From the NCBI GenBank assembly GCA_035553055.1, contig DATNEK010000062.1, forward strand, positions 2,539 to 66,538: a stretch of 64,000 bases of DNA, given 5' to 3'. The notes under the pieces were generated by a model that saw only the letters and a list, made by a program, of their open reading frames with translations, was not told where the DNA came from and ran no database searches. The translations under genes and the position numbers were made by a program. This stretch comes from Streptosporangiaceae bacterium (GTDB lineage: Bacteria > Actinomycetota > Actinomycetes > Streptosporangiales > Streptosporangiaceae). This document shows positions 7,775-18,102 of this stretch, in pieces. Within the stretch, counting starts at the first letter, position 1. Every line of letters begins with the position of its first letter.

Positions 7775-9700
7775 TTAGCCGGCGAGATGGCGGGGCGAGA
7801 TCGTGGCGTCCGAGCCCAGGCGCATGCGGGCGGCGTGCTGTTCCTGGCCGATCACGTGCATGACCGCGTTGATAAGCGCCAGGTGGGTGAACGCCTGCGG
7901 GAAGTTACCCAGGTGCCGACCCGATTTCGGGTCGATCTGCTCGGCGTAGAGCAGCAGCGGGCTCGCGTAGGAGAGCACCTTCTCGCACAGGTCCCTGGCC
8001 ATGGTGTGCTCGCCGATCTCGGACAGCGCCGAGACCAGCCAGAACGAGCAGATCGTGAACGTGTTCTCGGTGCCGGTGAAGCCGTCGTCGGTCTGTTCTG
8101 ACCGGTAGCGGAGCACCAGGCCGTCCTGGGTCAGCTCGTCGGCTATGGCGAGTACCGTCGCCTTGATCCGGTCGTCGGATGGCGGCAGGAACCTGAGCAG
8201 CGGCATCAGCAGCAGCGAGGCGTCCAGTGCCGTGGTGCCGTAGTGCTGGCAGAACACCCCACGGTCGTCGACGGCGTTCGCGCAGACGTCCGCCTTGATC
8301 TCGTCGGCCGCGAGCTGCCACTGCGCGGCGATCTCTGGCTCATCCCTGATCCTGGCTAGCCTGGCGCCCCGGTCGGCCGCCACCCAGCAGAACATCTTCG
8401 ACGAGGTGAAGTGCTGCGGGTCGCCTCTGACCTCCCAGATGCCGCGGTCCTTTTCGCGCCAGTGCGCGAGCGCCTGTTCGACCTGCAGCTTGGCCATCTG
8501 CCATACCCGCTCGTCCAGCCAGTCCCTTGACTTGGTGTGCAGGTAGAGCGAGTCGAGCACGGCTCCCCAGACGTCGTTCTGCCGCTGGCTGTAGGCCGCG
8601 TTGCCGACCCTGATCGGCCGCGCGCCCTGGTAGCCGCGCAGGTGGTCGAGCAGGTACTCGTCCAGGTTCCTAGAGCCGTCGATGCCGTAAACGATCTGCA
8701 GCTCGTCGCGATCGCGTTCGACCAGGTCGGCGATGAAGGCGAAGTAGTCGGCCGCCTCCCACTCGAAACCAAGCGTGAACAGGCCCCACAAGGCGAATGT
8801 CGCGTCCCTGATCCAGCTGTACCTGTAGTCGAAGTTGCGTTCGCCGCCCGGTGCCTCGGGCAGGGAAGTCGTGGCTGCGGCGGCGATCGCGCCGGTAGGC
8901 GCGTAGGCGAGACCTTTCAGCGTGAGCGCGCTCCTGGCCAGGTAGGTGCGCCAGCGGTGGTCGGGCAGGTTCCCGCGAGCCAGCCAGTGCCGCCAGTGGT
9001 GCGCGGTCCACATCATCCGCTGGTGTGCCTCTTCATAGGTCTCGGGCGGCGGCCGGTGCCCCCAGGACAGCGCGCAGAACCTGGTGTCGCCCTCCCTCAG
9101 CAAGGTTCGGGCCTTGGCTCCCGATCCTTCGACGCCGATCATGATGTCCGAGGTGAGGGTCAGCGTTCGGCCTTCGCCATCCGGGCTGATGCTGACCTGA
9201 TGGAAGCCGCGATCGGTGAAGTTCCAGTGCGCGCGCTGACGCCCGTAGTCGAACCGGGGTTCGCAGTCCATGATGAGCTGGACCGACCCGTTCGTGCAGT
9301 GCACCGTGCGCAGCAGCAGGTGCTCGGAGTCATAGTCGGTCGGCGGCCTTCGGTGCGACCCACGCTCGGGGTTCTGGTGCTTCCACGGGCCCATCACCAG
9401 GCAGTCGTGGACGATGACCCAGCCTTCGCCGGAGCCCCAGGTGGTCTCGAGCACCATCGTGCCTGGCAGGTAGCGGCGATCAGCCGGCACCTCGACATCG
9501 GCCGGGCCGAACTTGAACCAGCCAGCGTCGCGATCGAGCAGCGACCCGAACACGCTCGGGCCGTCGAGCCGTGGCAGGCACAGCCACTCTATCGACCCGC
9601 TCGGCGCTATCAGCGCGGTGACCTCACCGTCGGAAAGGAACCCGTAGTCAGCGATCGGCGGGAACGGGGAGAAATCAAGATGTGCGGACTCGCCCGGCAT
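7775..9700 (-). CDS. GH15 family glycoside hydrolase (glucoamylase/trehalase-like)
   Basis: PIADYGFLSDGEVTALIAPSGSIEWLCLPRLD N-domain and an (alpha/alpha)6-type C-domain (NFDYRYSWIRDA, FCWVAADR). Start refined to ATG 9700, preceded by GGAGGTGG. The track ORF begins at 9763. Confidence 0.88.
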   Translation of the reverse strand: MPGESAHLDFSPFPPIADYGFLSDGEVTALIAPSGSIEWLCLPRLDGPSVFGSLLDRDAGWFKFGPADVEVPADRRYLPGTMVLETTWGSGEGWVIVHDCLVMGPWKHQNPERGSHRRPPTDYDSEHLLLRTVHCTNGSVQLIMDCEPRFDYGRQRAHWNFTDRGFHQVSISPDGEGRTLTLTSDIMIGVEGSGAKARTLLREGDTRFCALSWGHRPPPETYEEAHQRMMWTAHHWRHWLARGNLPDHRWRTYLARSALTLKGLAYAPTGAIAAAATTSLPEAPGGERNFDYRYSWIRDATFALWGLFTLGFEWEAADYFAFIADLVERDRDELQIVYGIDGSRNLDEYLLDHLRGYQGARPIRVGNAAYSQRQNDVWGAVLDSLYLHTKSRDWLDERVWQMAKLQVEQALAHWREKDRGIWEVRGDPQHFTSSKMFCWVAADRGARLARIRDEPEIAAQWQLAADEIKADVCANAVDDRGVFCQHYGTTALDASLLLMPLLRFLPPSDDRIKATVLAIADELTQDGLVLRYRSEQTDDGFTGTENTFTICSFWLVSALSEIGEHTMARDLCEKVLSYASPLLLYAEQIDPKSGRHLGNFPQAFTHLALINAVMHVIGQEQHAARMRLGSDATISPRHLAG

Positions 9701-9726
9701 CGGCGACCACCTCCAGCCGCAGGCGT

Positions 9727-10293
9727 CTAGCGCCAGACCATCAAGACCAGTATTACCAGCCAAATCAGACTGACTACGCCGCCCATCATCGCGATCCGGC
9801 CGCGCTCAACGGCGGCGACGTGGCTGGCTACGGTGGCCGAGCCCGAGCCCTGACCGGCGATCGCTTCACTATCAGGGGCGGGCGTCGGCTCGACTGCCGC
9901 GTCGGTTAGCCCGGCCGCTGAGTGCTGGCTGTCGGCGGCGGCGACCTGCGACGACGGCGTCGCGGCGGCCTCATCGAGCGCCTTGATCGCCTTCCGCTGA
10001 TCCCGCATGATCAGGCCGAGCAACGCCAGCGCGACGACGAACAGGGTCGCCGACACGATCACCCACGCCTGGCCAGCCTTCGAGATCATCGAGGCGAGCG
10101 CCATTCCGGCGATGAGCACGCCAAGGGTGCCGAGCGCGAAGACGAACGTGATTCTGTTCAGGTACCGCAGAATTCTGACGTCGCGCTGCCGGATATACCG
10201 CGGGGTCGACATGACCGCCAGCGTGACCGGCCCGATGGTGAAGGCCACGAACGCGAGGTGCAGCCAGAGGACCAGGTTCTTGGGAAACGACAT
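9727..10293 (-). CDS. Hypothetical integral membrane protein
   Basis: 188-aa ORF with 4-5 hydrophobic spans and good GC3. No recognisable motif. Confidence 0.7.
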   Translation of the reverse strand: MSFPKNLVLWLHLAFVAFTIGPVTLAVMSTPRYIRQRDVRILRYLNRITFVFALGTLGVLIAGMALASMISKAGQAWVIVSATLFVVALALLGLIMRDQRKAIKALDEAAATPSSQVAAADSQHSAAGLTDAAVEPTPAPDSEAIAGQGSGSATVASHVAAVERGRIAMMGGVVSLIWLVILVLMVWR

Positions 10294-10356
10294 GCGCAGA
10301 GTCTAGAACCCGGCTACTCGACAGCGCGGGTTGACAGCGCCGGGGGGACGGAAATA

Positions 10357-10388
10357 CCAGAACCAGGTGAGTACTTACCTGGCTCTGG
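10357..10388 (-). terminator. Stem-loop followed by a short T-tract downstream of the small membrane gene
   Basis: On the minus strand, CCAGAGCCAGGT-AAGTACTC-ACCTGGTTCTGG forms a stem of at least 12 bp with one wobble pair, followed by TATTTCC. Confidence 0.5.
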
Positions 10389-10413
10389 CACTCACGTTTT
10401 CAGCTAACTACGC

Positions 10414-10650
10414 TCAAGACTTCTTGTTCTGGATCCAGGCGAAAACCAGCAGGCCAAGGCCGATGACAGCGGCGACGCCGCCGCGGAAGAGGTGGCCACC
10501 GTGCTTCACGTGGCTGCCCACGTTCAGGAAGCTGGGCGCCGCGCCAACGAACCAGAGGACGCCTACCACGATTGCCACGACGCCTATGACAGCAAGGGCG
10601 ATGACTACTGGCTTCCTGCCCGTGCCGGACGCCGTGCTTGTTGTGCTCAC
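10414..10650 (-). CDS. Small two-span membrane protein
   Basis: 78 aa with a GTG start preceded by GGGAGGAAAAG. Two hydrophobic helices flank GSHVKHGGH. Confidence 0.65.
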   Translation of the reverse strand: MSTTSTASGTGRKPVVIALAVIGVVAIVVGVLWFVGAAPSFLNVGSHVKHGGHLFRGGVAAVIGLGLLVFAWIQNKKS

Positions 10651-10837
10651 TTCTTTTCCTCCCTTGGGGAACTTTCCGCTTGATCTCCTCGCCGACAGGC
10701 GGGGACTTACCCGTCGCCGGAGGCGACCACGTGCGGCACCGTACTACGGACGGAGCCGGGTGAGTGCTTAGTTCACGAAAGCGCCTGATTTTGCTTGCTC
10801 GGGGATCAGGCGACGCGGCTCTTGCGTCACGGTTACC

Positions 10838-12805
10838 TCACCTGCTCGCTGCCCTGCGTGACCGCAAGAAGTCACTGACCACGTACTCACCGAGGCTGTC
10901 CGGCATCGCGCGCAGCACTCGGCCGCCGTTCCGCTTTGCTACCTCGTCAACGAACGAGCTAAGCCGTTCGTCGTCAGCGAGCATGAATATATTCAGTGTT
11001 GCCCTACGTCTGGTCATTTTATCTACTTCGGCCATGGTAAGTTCCAGCGTCTCCGGCGACGGCGGCCAGTCGAACCACGACCGGCCGTCTCTGCGCAGGT
11101 GAGCCGTCGGCTCGCCGTCGGTGATCACCAGCACGATCGGGTTGTGCTCTGGCCTGCGGTCAAGGAACCGGCCAGCGAGCACGAGCGCGTGGTGCAGGTT
11201 GGTGCCCTGCACCATGTCCCAGGTAAGCCCGGCCAGGTCGGTCTCCCTGAGTTCCCTCGCGTAGTTGGAGAACCCGACTACCTGGAGAGCGTCCTGCGGG
11301 AAGCTGGTCCTGACCAGCGAGTAGAGCGCGAGCGCGGTCTGCTTGGCCGCGCCCCACGTGCCGCGCAGGGCCATTGAGTATGACAGGTCGACGAGCAGGC
11401 ACACGGCGGCCGACGCGCGTCGTTCGGTCTCGCTCACCTCAAAGTCGCTCACCGCGAGCTTGACCGCCCTTCCTCCCTGCCCACCATTCCTACCGCGGAT
11501 GAGTGCGTTGCGCACGGTGGTGGCGGTGTCGATGGGCTGCTCGTCACCGAATCGCCACGGCCTGGTCGCCCCGGTGAGTTCGCCGGCCTGGCCAACGTCG
11601 TGCTGATCGTGATCTCCGTGCCCGCCCTCGGCCAGCTTGGCGAATACCTTGCGCAGCGCGGTGTCGCCCAGCCTGCGCACCGCTTTCGGCGTCAGCTCGA
11701 GCTTTCCTTCTTTGTTCGCGATGTAGCCCTGCCGCTCAAGTTCCCGCTCGATGCGCTTGAGCGCTTCCATGTCGTCGACGGCCTGGCGACCGAGCGCGCG
11801 CCTGATCGCCTCTTCGTCGATGTCGTCGAGCATCGCGCCCGGGTAGTCCTGCCTGAGTGCCTCTTCGAGTTCGGCGAGGTCGGCAAGTTCCGACACCGCC
11901 GTGGTGGCGTCGCCGAGGCCGAGCGGCTCGCTGCCGGTCATTCGCTCGCGCCCGCCCTGACCGTCCCAGTCCACGTCAGGCCTGCGCTCCCTCAGCGCAG
12001 CAGCCAGCCTGGCCATTTCCTGCGCGAGCCCGGCGTCCTCAAGCGTCTGTGCCATCAGCCCGGCGAGCTCGCCGCGCTGCTCGTCGGTCAGCGAGTTAAG
12101 CAGCCGCTGGGCCGCCGCTATGCGCCTGACCAGCGAGTCGACGAGTTCGTCCAGGTTCTGGGGCGAATCGGGAAAGAACTCGCCGTACTGCTCCATGAAC
12201 GCGTCGAAATCCTGCTGTGTGTGTTCGCCGCGAGCGTCAGCCTCGATCATGTCGGTCAGCGCGGCCATCATCTCCTTGACCCGCTGCATGCCTTCGGCGC
12301 TCGACTCCGACATCGCGTTTTTGATGCCGCGGAACTGGCTGTCAAGTACCTCGCGCCTGAGCAGGTCCTTGAGCTGTTCGAAGGTGCGCGCCGCCGCCTG
12401 GCTGCGCCACTCGTAGTTAGCGAGCTGCCTGATAGCGGTCGCGGTGTCGCGCGACAGCGCGTCGAGTTCCGCTTCGCGCATCCTGGCTTCATCGCTCGGG
12501 TCAGGGAACAGCTCGGCGCGCTCCTGTCCGATGGCGGTGTCGAGCAGCGCGCTCGCCTGCTCGAGTATCCCGTCGAGCCTGCCGCTCCTGCGCAAGTCGC
12601 GTTGCCGCTCGCGCACCTGCCTGAGCAGGTCATCGAGGCCGTGGCGGCCCGCCATTCCGCGCCGGATCAGGTCGCGTAGCGCGTTGGCGACACTGTCGCC
12701 GACCAGGACAGAATCGCCGAGCGCGTCGACGGCACCGCGCACGTCATAAGGCGGTTCTAGCGGGTCAGGGCCACCGTGGAACTGCCCGTACCGATAGCCG
12801 TTCAC
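10838..12805 (-). CDS. VWA domain-containing protein (partner of the upstream AAA+ ATPase)
   Basis: C-terminal VWA domain with MIDAS motif DLSYS and ITDGEPT. It has a long helical N-region and lies 93 nt downstream of the ATPase gene. Confidence 0.88.
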   Translation of the reverse strand: MNGYRYGQFHGGPDPLEPPYDVRGAVDALGDSVLVGDSVANALRDLIRRGMAGRHGLDDLLRQVRERQRDLRRSGRLDGILEQASALLDTAIGQERAELFPDPSDEARMREAELDALSRDTATAIRQLANYEWRSQAAARTFEQLKDLLRREVLDSQFRGIKNAMSESSAEGMQRVKEMMAALTDMIEADARGEHTQQDFDAFMEQYGEFFPDSPQNLDELVDSLVRRIAAAQRLLNSLTDEQRGELAGLMAQTLEDAGLAQEMARLAAALRERRPDVDWDGQGGRERMTGSEPLGLGDATTAVSELADLAELEEALRQDYPGAMLDDIDEEAIRRALGRQAVDDMEALKRIERELERQGYIANKEGKLELTPKAVRRLGDTALRKVFAKLAEGGHGDHDQHDVGQAGELTGATRPWRFGDEQPIDTATTVRNALIRGRNGGQGGRAVKLAVSDFEVSETERRASAAVCLLVDLSYSMALRGTWGAAKQTALALYSLVRTSFPQDALQVVGFSNYARELRETDLAGLTWDMVQGTNLHHALVLAGRFLDRRPEHNPIVLVITDGEPTAHLRRDGRSWFDWPPSPETLELTMAEVDKMTRRRATLNIFMLADDERLSSFVDEVAKRNGGRVLRAMPDSLGEYVVSDFLRSRRAASR

Positions 12806-12898
12806 GTGCGCTCGCCTTCCCCGTCCTGCCGGTTGTACTCGGCCTTGCCAGCCATAATCGCTAAGCCCTCGCTGAGCCTCGCTAAGCCGGCCCGTGGC

Positions 12899-14338
12899 TC
12901 AGCTGCGGTAGACGGTGCCGCCATCAACAACATCCTTCGACAGCCTGCGCATCAGGTAAAGGCCTTCTAGCGCGAACTCGAGCGCCGCCGCCGCCTGCCC
13001 GAACGACTCGCCGCCACCGCCGTCAAGCCGCTCCATGATCTTGGCGAGCCCTGGCACCTCGCCGATTCTGCGCAGCAGTTCGGCGGCTGGCAGCAGATCG
13101 GACGACTCGACGCTGCCGCCGTCAGTGAACCTGGCGATCAGGCCGGACAGGTCGGCGCTGCCCAGGTGCGCGCGGAACGTGTCGGCGGTGGCGCGGCGCA
13201 GCAGGTGCTCGAGCACCTCGGCCTCCCTGCCCTCCTCGCTGACTTCGAACTCGACCTTCCCGCGCAGCGTGGTGACCACGGCCGGGAGGTCGCAGATCCT
13301 GGCCACCGGCTGGTCTTCGCCGCTAATCGCCGCTCGCCTGACCGCTGCCGCAACCGCCGCCTCGGCGGCGGCGATCGCGAACCGAGCCGATACACCAGAC
13401 CGGGCGTCCACCGCTGGCGAGGCGCGCACCAGCCTGGTGAACCTGGCGATCACCTCGATCAGATGCGCTGGCAGCACGGCATCGGAGTTGTTCCCGCTGG
13501 CCCAGGCGATCTCGGCTTCCTGCCTGACGACGGCGAGTTCGTCGTCGAGCGAAAGCGGGTAGTGCGTCCTGACCTCGGCGCCGAACCGGTCCTTGAGTGG
13601 CGTGATGATCCGGCCCCGGTTCGTGTAGTCCTCAGGGTTGGCGCTCGCCACGAGCACCAGGTCGAGCGGCAGCCGCAGCGCGTAGCCGCGAACCGCGATG
13701 TCGCGCTCTTCGAGCACGTTGAGCAGCGAGACCTGGATCCGCTCGGCCAGGTCGGGCAACTCGTTCAGGCAGAACACGCCCCGGTTGGTTCGCGGCACCA
13801 GGCCGTAGTGGATCGTCTCCGGATCGCCGAGAGTGCGGCCCTCCGCCACCTTGACCGGGTCGATGTCGCCGATCAGGTCGCCCACGCTGGTGTCTGGCGT
13901 GGCCAGCTTCTCGCCATACCTGTCGTCCCTGTGCTGCCAGCTCACCGGCAGCTCATCGCCCATCTCGGCGGCCAGCCTGACGCACCTGACACAGGTCGGC
14001 GCGTACGGGTGGTCGTTGATCTCGCATCCGGCGATCACCGGCGACCATTCGTCGAGCAGGCCAGTCAGCGTCCTGATCAGCCTTGTCTTACCCTGGCCCC
14101 GTTCGCCAAGCAAGATGACGTCGTGACCGGCGATCAGCGCGCGCTCCAGGTGCGGCCTTACCGTCTGGTCGAAGCCGAGTATCCCAGGGAACGGATCTTC
14201 GCCTGCGCGCAACCTCGCGATCAGGTTGCGCCGCATCTCGTCCTTGACGGTGGTGAACTCATGAGCTGTCCCGCGCAATTCGCCAAGGGTGTTGACGGTT
14301 GGGGCGGTGGCGGATGGGGACTGGCGTTGTGGCTGCAC
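12899..14338 (-). CDS. AAA+ ATPase, Mg-chelatase ChlI/BchI-like
   Basis: Walker A LLGERGQGKT, Walker B VFCLNELPDL, plus VASANPEDY...PLKDRF, which is typical of ChlI/MoxR-like ATPases. Confidence 0.88.
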   Translation of the reverse strand: MQPQRQSPSATAPTVNTLGELRGTAHEFTTVKDEMRRNLIARLRAGEDPFPGILGFDQTVRPHLERALIAGHDVILLGERGQGKTRLIRTLTGLLDEWSPVIAGCEINDHPYAPTCVRCVRLAAEMGDELPVSWQHRDDRYGEKLATPDTSVGDLIGDIDPVKVAEGRTLGDPETIHYGLVPRTNRGVFCLNELPDLAERIQVSLLNVLEERDIAVRGYALRLPLDLVLVASANPEDYTNRGRIITPLKDRFGAEVRTHYPLSLDDELAVVRQEAEIAWASGNNSDAVLPAHLIEVIARFTRLVRASPAVDARSGVSARFAIAAAEAAVAAAVRRAAISGEDQPVARICDLPAVVTTLRGKVEFEVSEEGREAEVLEHLLRRATADTFRAHLGSADLSGLIARFTDGGSVESSDLLPAAELLRRIGEVPGLAKIMERLDGGGGESFGQAAAALEFALEGLYLMRRLSKDVVDGGTVYRS

Positions 14339-14397
14339 GATTCGACACTATGTGCATTGCGGCGTGGTCCGCATCTTTGCCAGGCTCACGGAGGCTC

Positions 14398-15399
14398 ATG
14401 ATGACGAAGCGCGGGCCCGTCCTCGTTATCGACATTGGCGGTACGAAGATGGCCGCCGGCGTGGCCGAAGCCGGTGGTCGGCTGATCACCTGGTCGCAGG
14501 TTCCTACGCCGCGCGACGTCGACGCCGAGAAGCTGTGGCTGACCCTGGAGTCCGTGCTGCTCCAGGTGCTCAAGGTGGCCAAGATCGGCGACCCGGCCGA
14601 GCTTTCTGGCATTGGCTGCGGCTGCGGCGGGCCGATGGAGTGGCCGGCCGGGGTGGTCTCGCCGCTCAACATTCCAGGCTGGCGCGATTTCCCGCTGCGC
14701 GACCGGCTGGTGGAGCGGTTCGCAGGCGGTACCGGTGGCGATTTTCCAGTCCGTGTCCACAACGACGCGGTCGCGATGGCCGTGGGCGAGCACTGGCGCG
14801 GTGCCGGCCGCGGCCGCAGGAACATGCTCGGAATGGTGGTCTCGACCGGCGTCGGGGGAGGGCTCGTTCTCGACAACCATCTGATCGACGGCGCTTCCGG
14901 AAACGCCGGGCACATCGGCCATGTCGTGGTCGATCCGGACGACGGGCCGTTGTGCGTCTGCGGCGGACGCGGCTGCCTCGAGGCGATCGCCTGCGGTCCG
15001 GCGCTGGTGGAGTGGGCGCAGGCCGAGGGCTGGAGGCCAGGCCAGCCGGGCATGACGGCGAAGGACCTGGCCGGTGACGCCACCCAAGGGCACTCGGTCG
15101 CCCGGGCGGCGATGCGCAGGGCGGGCCGCGGCCTCGGCATAGCGATAGCCTCGGCCACCAACTTGTGTGACCTAGAGGTCGTCTCCATCGGCGGCGGCTT
15201 GTCCCAAGCCGGGGCGCTGATCTTTGATCCTCTGCAGGAGTCGCTGGCCGCGCACACGATGCTCGACTTCGCGCGCGAAGTCCTGGTCGTGCCCGCGGCG
15301 CTCGGCCAGCACGCGGGCCTGGTAGGAGCGGCAGCCCTGGTGGTATCCGGCCACCAGTACTGGACCGGCGACTTACGGTCGGCCACCCTCGCCAGATAG
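14398..15399 (+). CDS. ROK family sugar kinase (glucokinase-like)
   Basis: VLVIDIGGTKMAAG phosphate-1 motif and the ROK zinc motif CVCGGRGCLEA. Start refined to ATGATG at 14398. The track ORF begins at 14299. Confidence 0.88.
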   Translation: MMTKRGPVLVIDIGGTKMAAGVAEAGGRLITWSQVPTPRDVDAEKLWLTLESVLLQVLKVAKIGDPAELSGIGCGCGGPMEWPAGVVSPLNIPGWRDFPLRDRLVERFAGGTGGDFPVRVHNDAVAMAVGEHWRGAGRGRRNMLGMVVSTGVGGGLVLDNHLIDGASGNAGHIGHVVVDPDDGPLCVCGGRGCLEAIACGPALVEWAQAEGWRPGQPGMTAKDLAGDATQGHSVARAAMRRAGRGLGIAIASATNLCDLEVVSIGGGLSQAGALIFDPLQESLAAHTMLDFAREVLVVPAALGQHAGLVGAAALVVSGHQYWTGDLRSATLAR

Positions 15400-15501
15400 C
15401 CCGGACAGCCTCTGCCGACGGCGGCGCCCGCGGCACCGTCGGCTCGCGCGGCCTGGCCTGAGTCATGGGTCGTCTCGTGGTCGCGGACGCCGCCGGGCGG
15501 G

Positions 15502-16638
<1,137 letters not shown>

Positions 16639-16759
16639 TCACGCCCCTCGCTCGGCTTCTGTTGTCCTGGCAGAATCGATCAAGAGGACAGGATGCGCAA
16701 CTGTTCTCCTGTTGGCTAGGCAGTTTGCTTAGCTAGGAGCGCGAACGAGCGACAATATT

Positions 16760-17263
16760 GTGCACGATGTCTTGGCGGTGAGTCGACCGGTGATCGATGA
16801 ACTCGATGCTCGTATCGTCGAATTGCTCACCGTTGAGCCGCGGATCGGGGTGCTAGAGGCATCCCGGCGCCTTGGCGTTGCCAGGGGCACCATCCAGGCC
16901 AGGCTGGACCGGATGCAGCATCGCGGCGTGATCACCGGATACGGTCCCGACATCGACCCGGCCGCGATCGGTCACGCGGTGACCGCGTTCGTCACGCTCG
17001 AACTGACCCAGGGTGGCGGCCGCGATCAAGTCAACGCCAGGCTGGCGGGCATCGACGAGATTCTCGAGGCGCACACGATCACAGGAGCGGGTGACGTGCT
17101 GTGCCGCGTAGTCGCGCGTGACAACACCGACCTGCAGCGGGTCATCGACGCGATCGTCGATGTACCGGGAGTCGTGCGCACGGCAACGGTAATCGCGCTG
17201 GCGACCGCGGTCACGTACCGGACCACGCCGCTGGTGCGCGCTACCGCGGCGGCGGGCGGCTGA
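16760..17263 (+). CDS. Lrp/AsnC family transcriptional regulator
   Basis: N-terminal HTH (LDARIVELLTVEPRIGVLEASRRLGVARGTIQARL) and a C-terminal AsnC ligand domain. It is divergent from hppD. The exact start is uncertain. Confidence 0.88.
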   Translation: MHDVLAVSRPVIDELDARIVELLTVEPRIGVLEASRRLGVARGTIQARLDRMQHRGVITGYGPDIDPAAIGHAVTAFVTLELTQGGGRDQVNARLAGIDEILEAHTITGAGDVLCRVVARDNTDLQRVIDAIVDVPGVVRTATVIALATAVTYRTTPLVRATAAAGG

Positions 17264-17298
17264 GCGGCGGGCGGCTGAGCGTCGGCTTGCTCGCGCCT

Positions 17299-17937
17299 TT
17301 AGCCGGCTTGCCCGACACCGGCGTAGGGCATCTCGGCGATGCCGGTCGCTATACCTCGGACCGTATCGATCAGCTCGTGCCTGTCGGCTTGGCTGGCGAA
17401 GAACATCCAGCCCACGCTGATGCCGCCGATCGCCATCGCGGCCCTCACCCGCTCAGTGAGCCCGGCGCCTGGTTCGGTCAGCAAGTCGATGAGGAACTCG
17501 ATCCGCTCCTTGAACAGCTCTCCTCTGCTCTTGGCCGACGAGAGCATGCTCACCGCCGCCTGGTTCTGGTGCAGCATGCGAAACACCTGGTCACCTTCGG
17601 CCACGATGTCGACATACCGGCTCAGCAGCTCACGCCTTGTCTCCGCCGTTCTCGGCTGCGAGCGGCCCCACTCGATGAGCGCATCCATCTGCTTGGAGTA
17701 GTCCTCGACCAGGCTGGTGACGATGTCTTCTTTGGACTTGAAGTGGTAATAAAGCGCGGCCTTGGTCACGTCGAGTCGCTCGGCGATCTCACGGAGCGAG
17801 GTCCCCTCGTAGCCGTGCTCGGTGAACAGCTCGACAGCCACCTGCTGGATTCTGGCGCGAGTGTCAGAACGGGCGCGCGAGTCGCCCTCGCCGCGCTCCG
17901 GCGTGAGTACCTGACCGACCCGCTGGGGGTCATTCAT
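17299..17937 (-). CDS. TetR family transcriptional regulator
   Basis: HTH segment FTEHGYEGTSLREIAERLDVTKAALYYHFKSKEDI. Start refined to ATG 17937, preceded by AGAGGTGG. Confidence 0.9.
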   Translation of the reverse strand: MNDPQRVGQVLTPERGEGDSRARSDTRARIQQVAVELFTEHGYEGTSLREIAERLDVTKAALYYHFKSKEDIVTSLVEDYSKQMDALIEWGRSQPRTAETRRELLSRYVDIVAEGDQVFRMLHQNQAAVSMLSSAKSRGELFKERIEFLIDLLTEPGAGLTERVRAAMAIGGISVGWMFFASQADRHELIDTVRGIATGIAEMPYAGVGQAG

Positions 17938-17959
17938 TTGCGTGCGCCACCTCTGATGT

Positions 17960-18033
17960 AACCTACTTGACGGCCGGTTAGTTGGCAGCATAGGCTACCA
18001 CAGCAAGAATGCTAGCCGGTCGGCAAGTAGGTT
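17960..18033. promoter_or_regulatory. Candidate TetR operator pair / divergent promoter region
   Basis: AACCTACTTGACGGCCGG (17960-17977) and CCGGTCGGCAAGTAGGTT (18016-18033) are reverse complements at 16 of 18 positions. A nested GGCAGCAT...ATGCTAGCC symmetry lies between them. Confidence 0.4.
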
Positions 18034-18102
18034 GCCAGAAAACGGCAATGAGCCGGGCACATGGCTTCGGCCGCGACGGGACGGGAACGAGGGAGCTCAC
18101 AC

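Noticed and set aside
8537-9730. 397-aa plus-strand ORF
   Set aside because: It is antisense to the well-supported GH15 hydrolase gene and is a typical high-GC shadow ORF with an Arg/Val/Pro-rich translation.
11600-12679. 359-aa plus-strand ORF
   Set aside because: Antisense shadow of the VWA-domain gene, with no motifs.
13166-14401. 411-aa plus-strand ORF
   Set aside because: Antisense shadow of the AAA+ ATPase gene.
14259-15466. Minus-strand ORFs of 375, 235 and 266 aa, and the plus-strand off-frame ORF 14289-15077
   Set aside because: All overlap the ROK kinase gene, whose motifs (DIGGTK, CxCGxxGCxE) identify the true frame.
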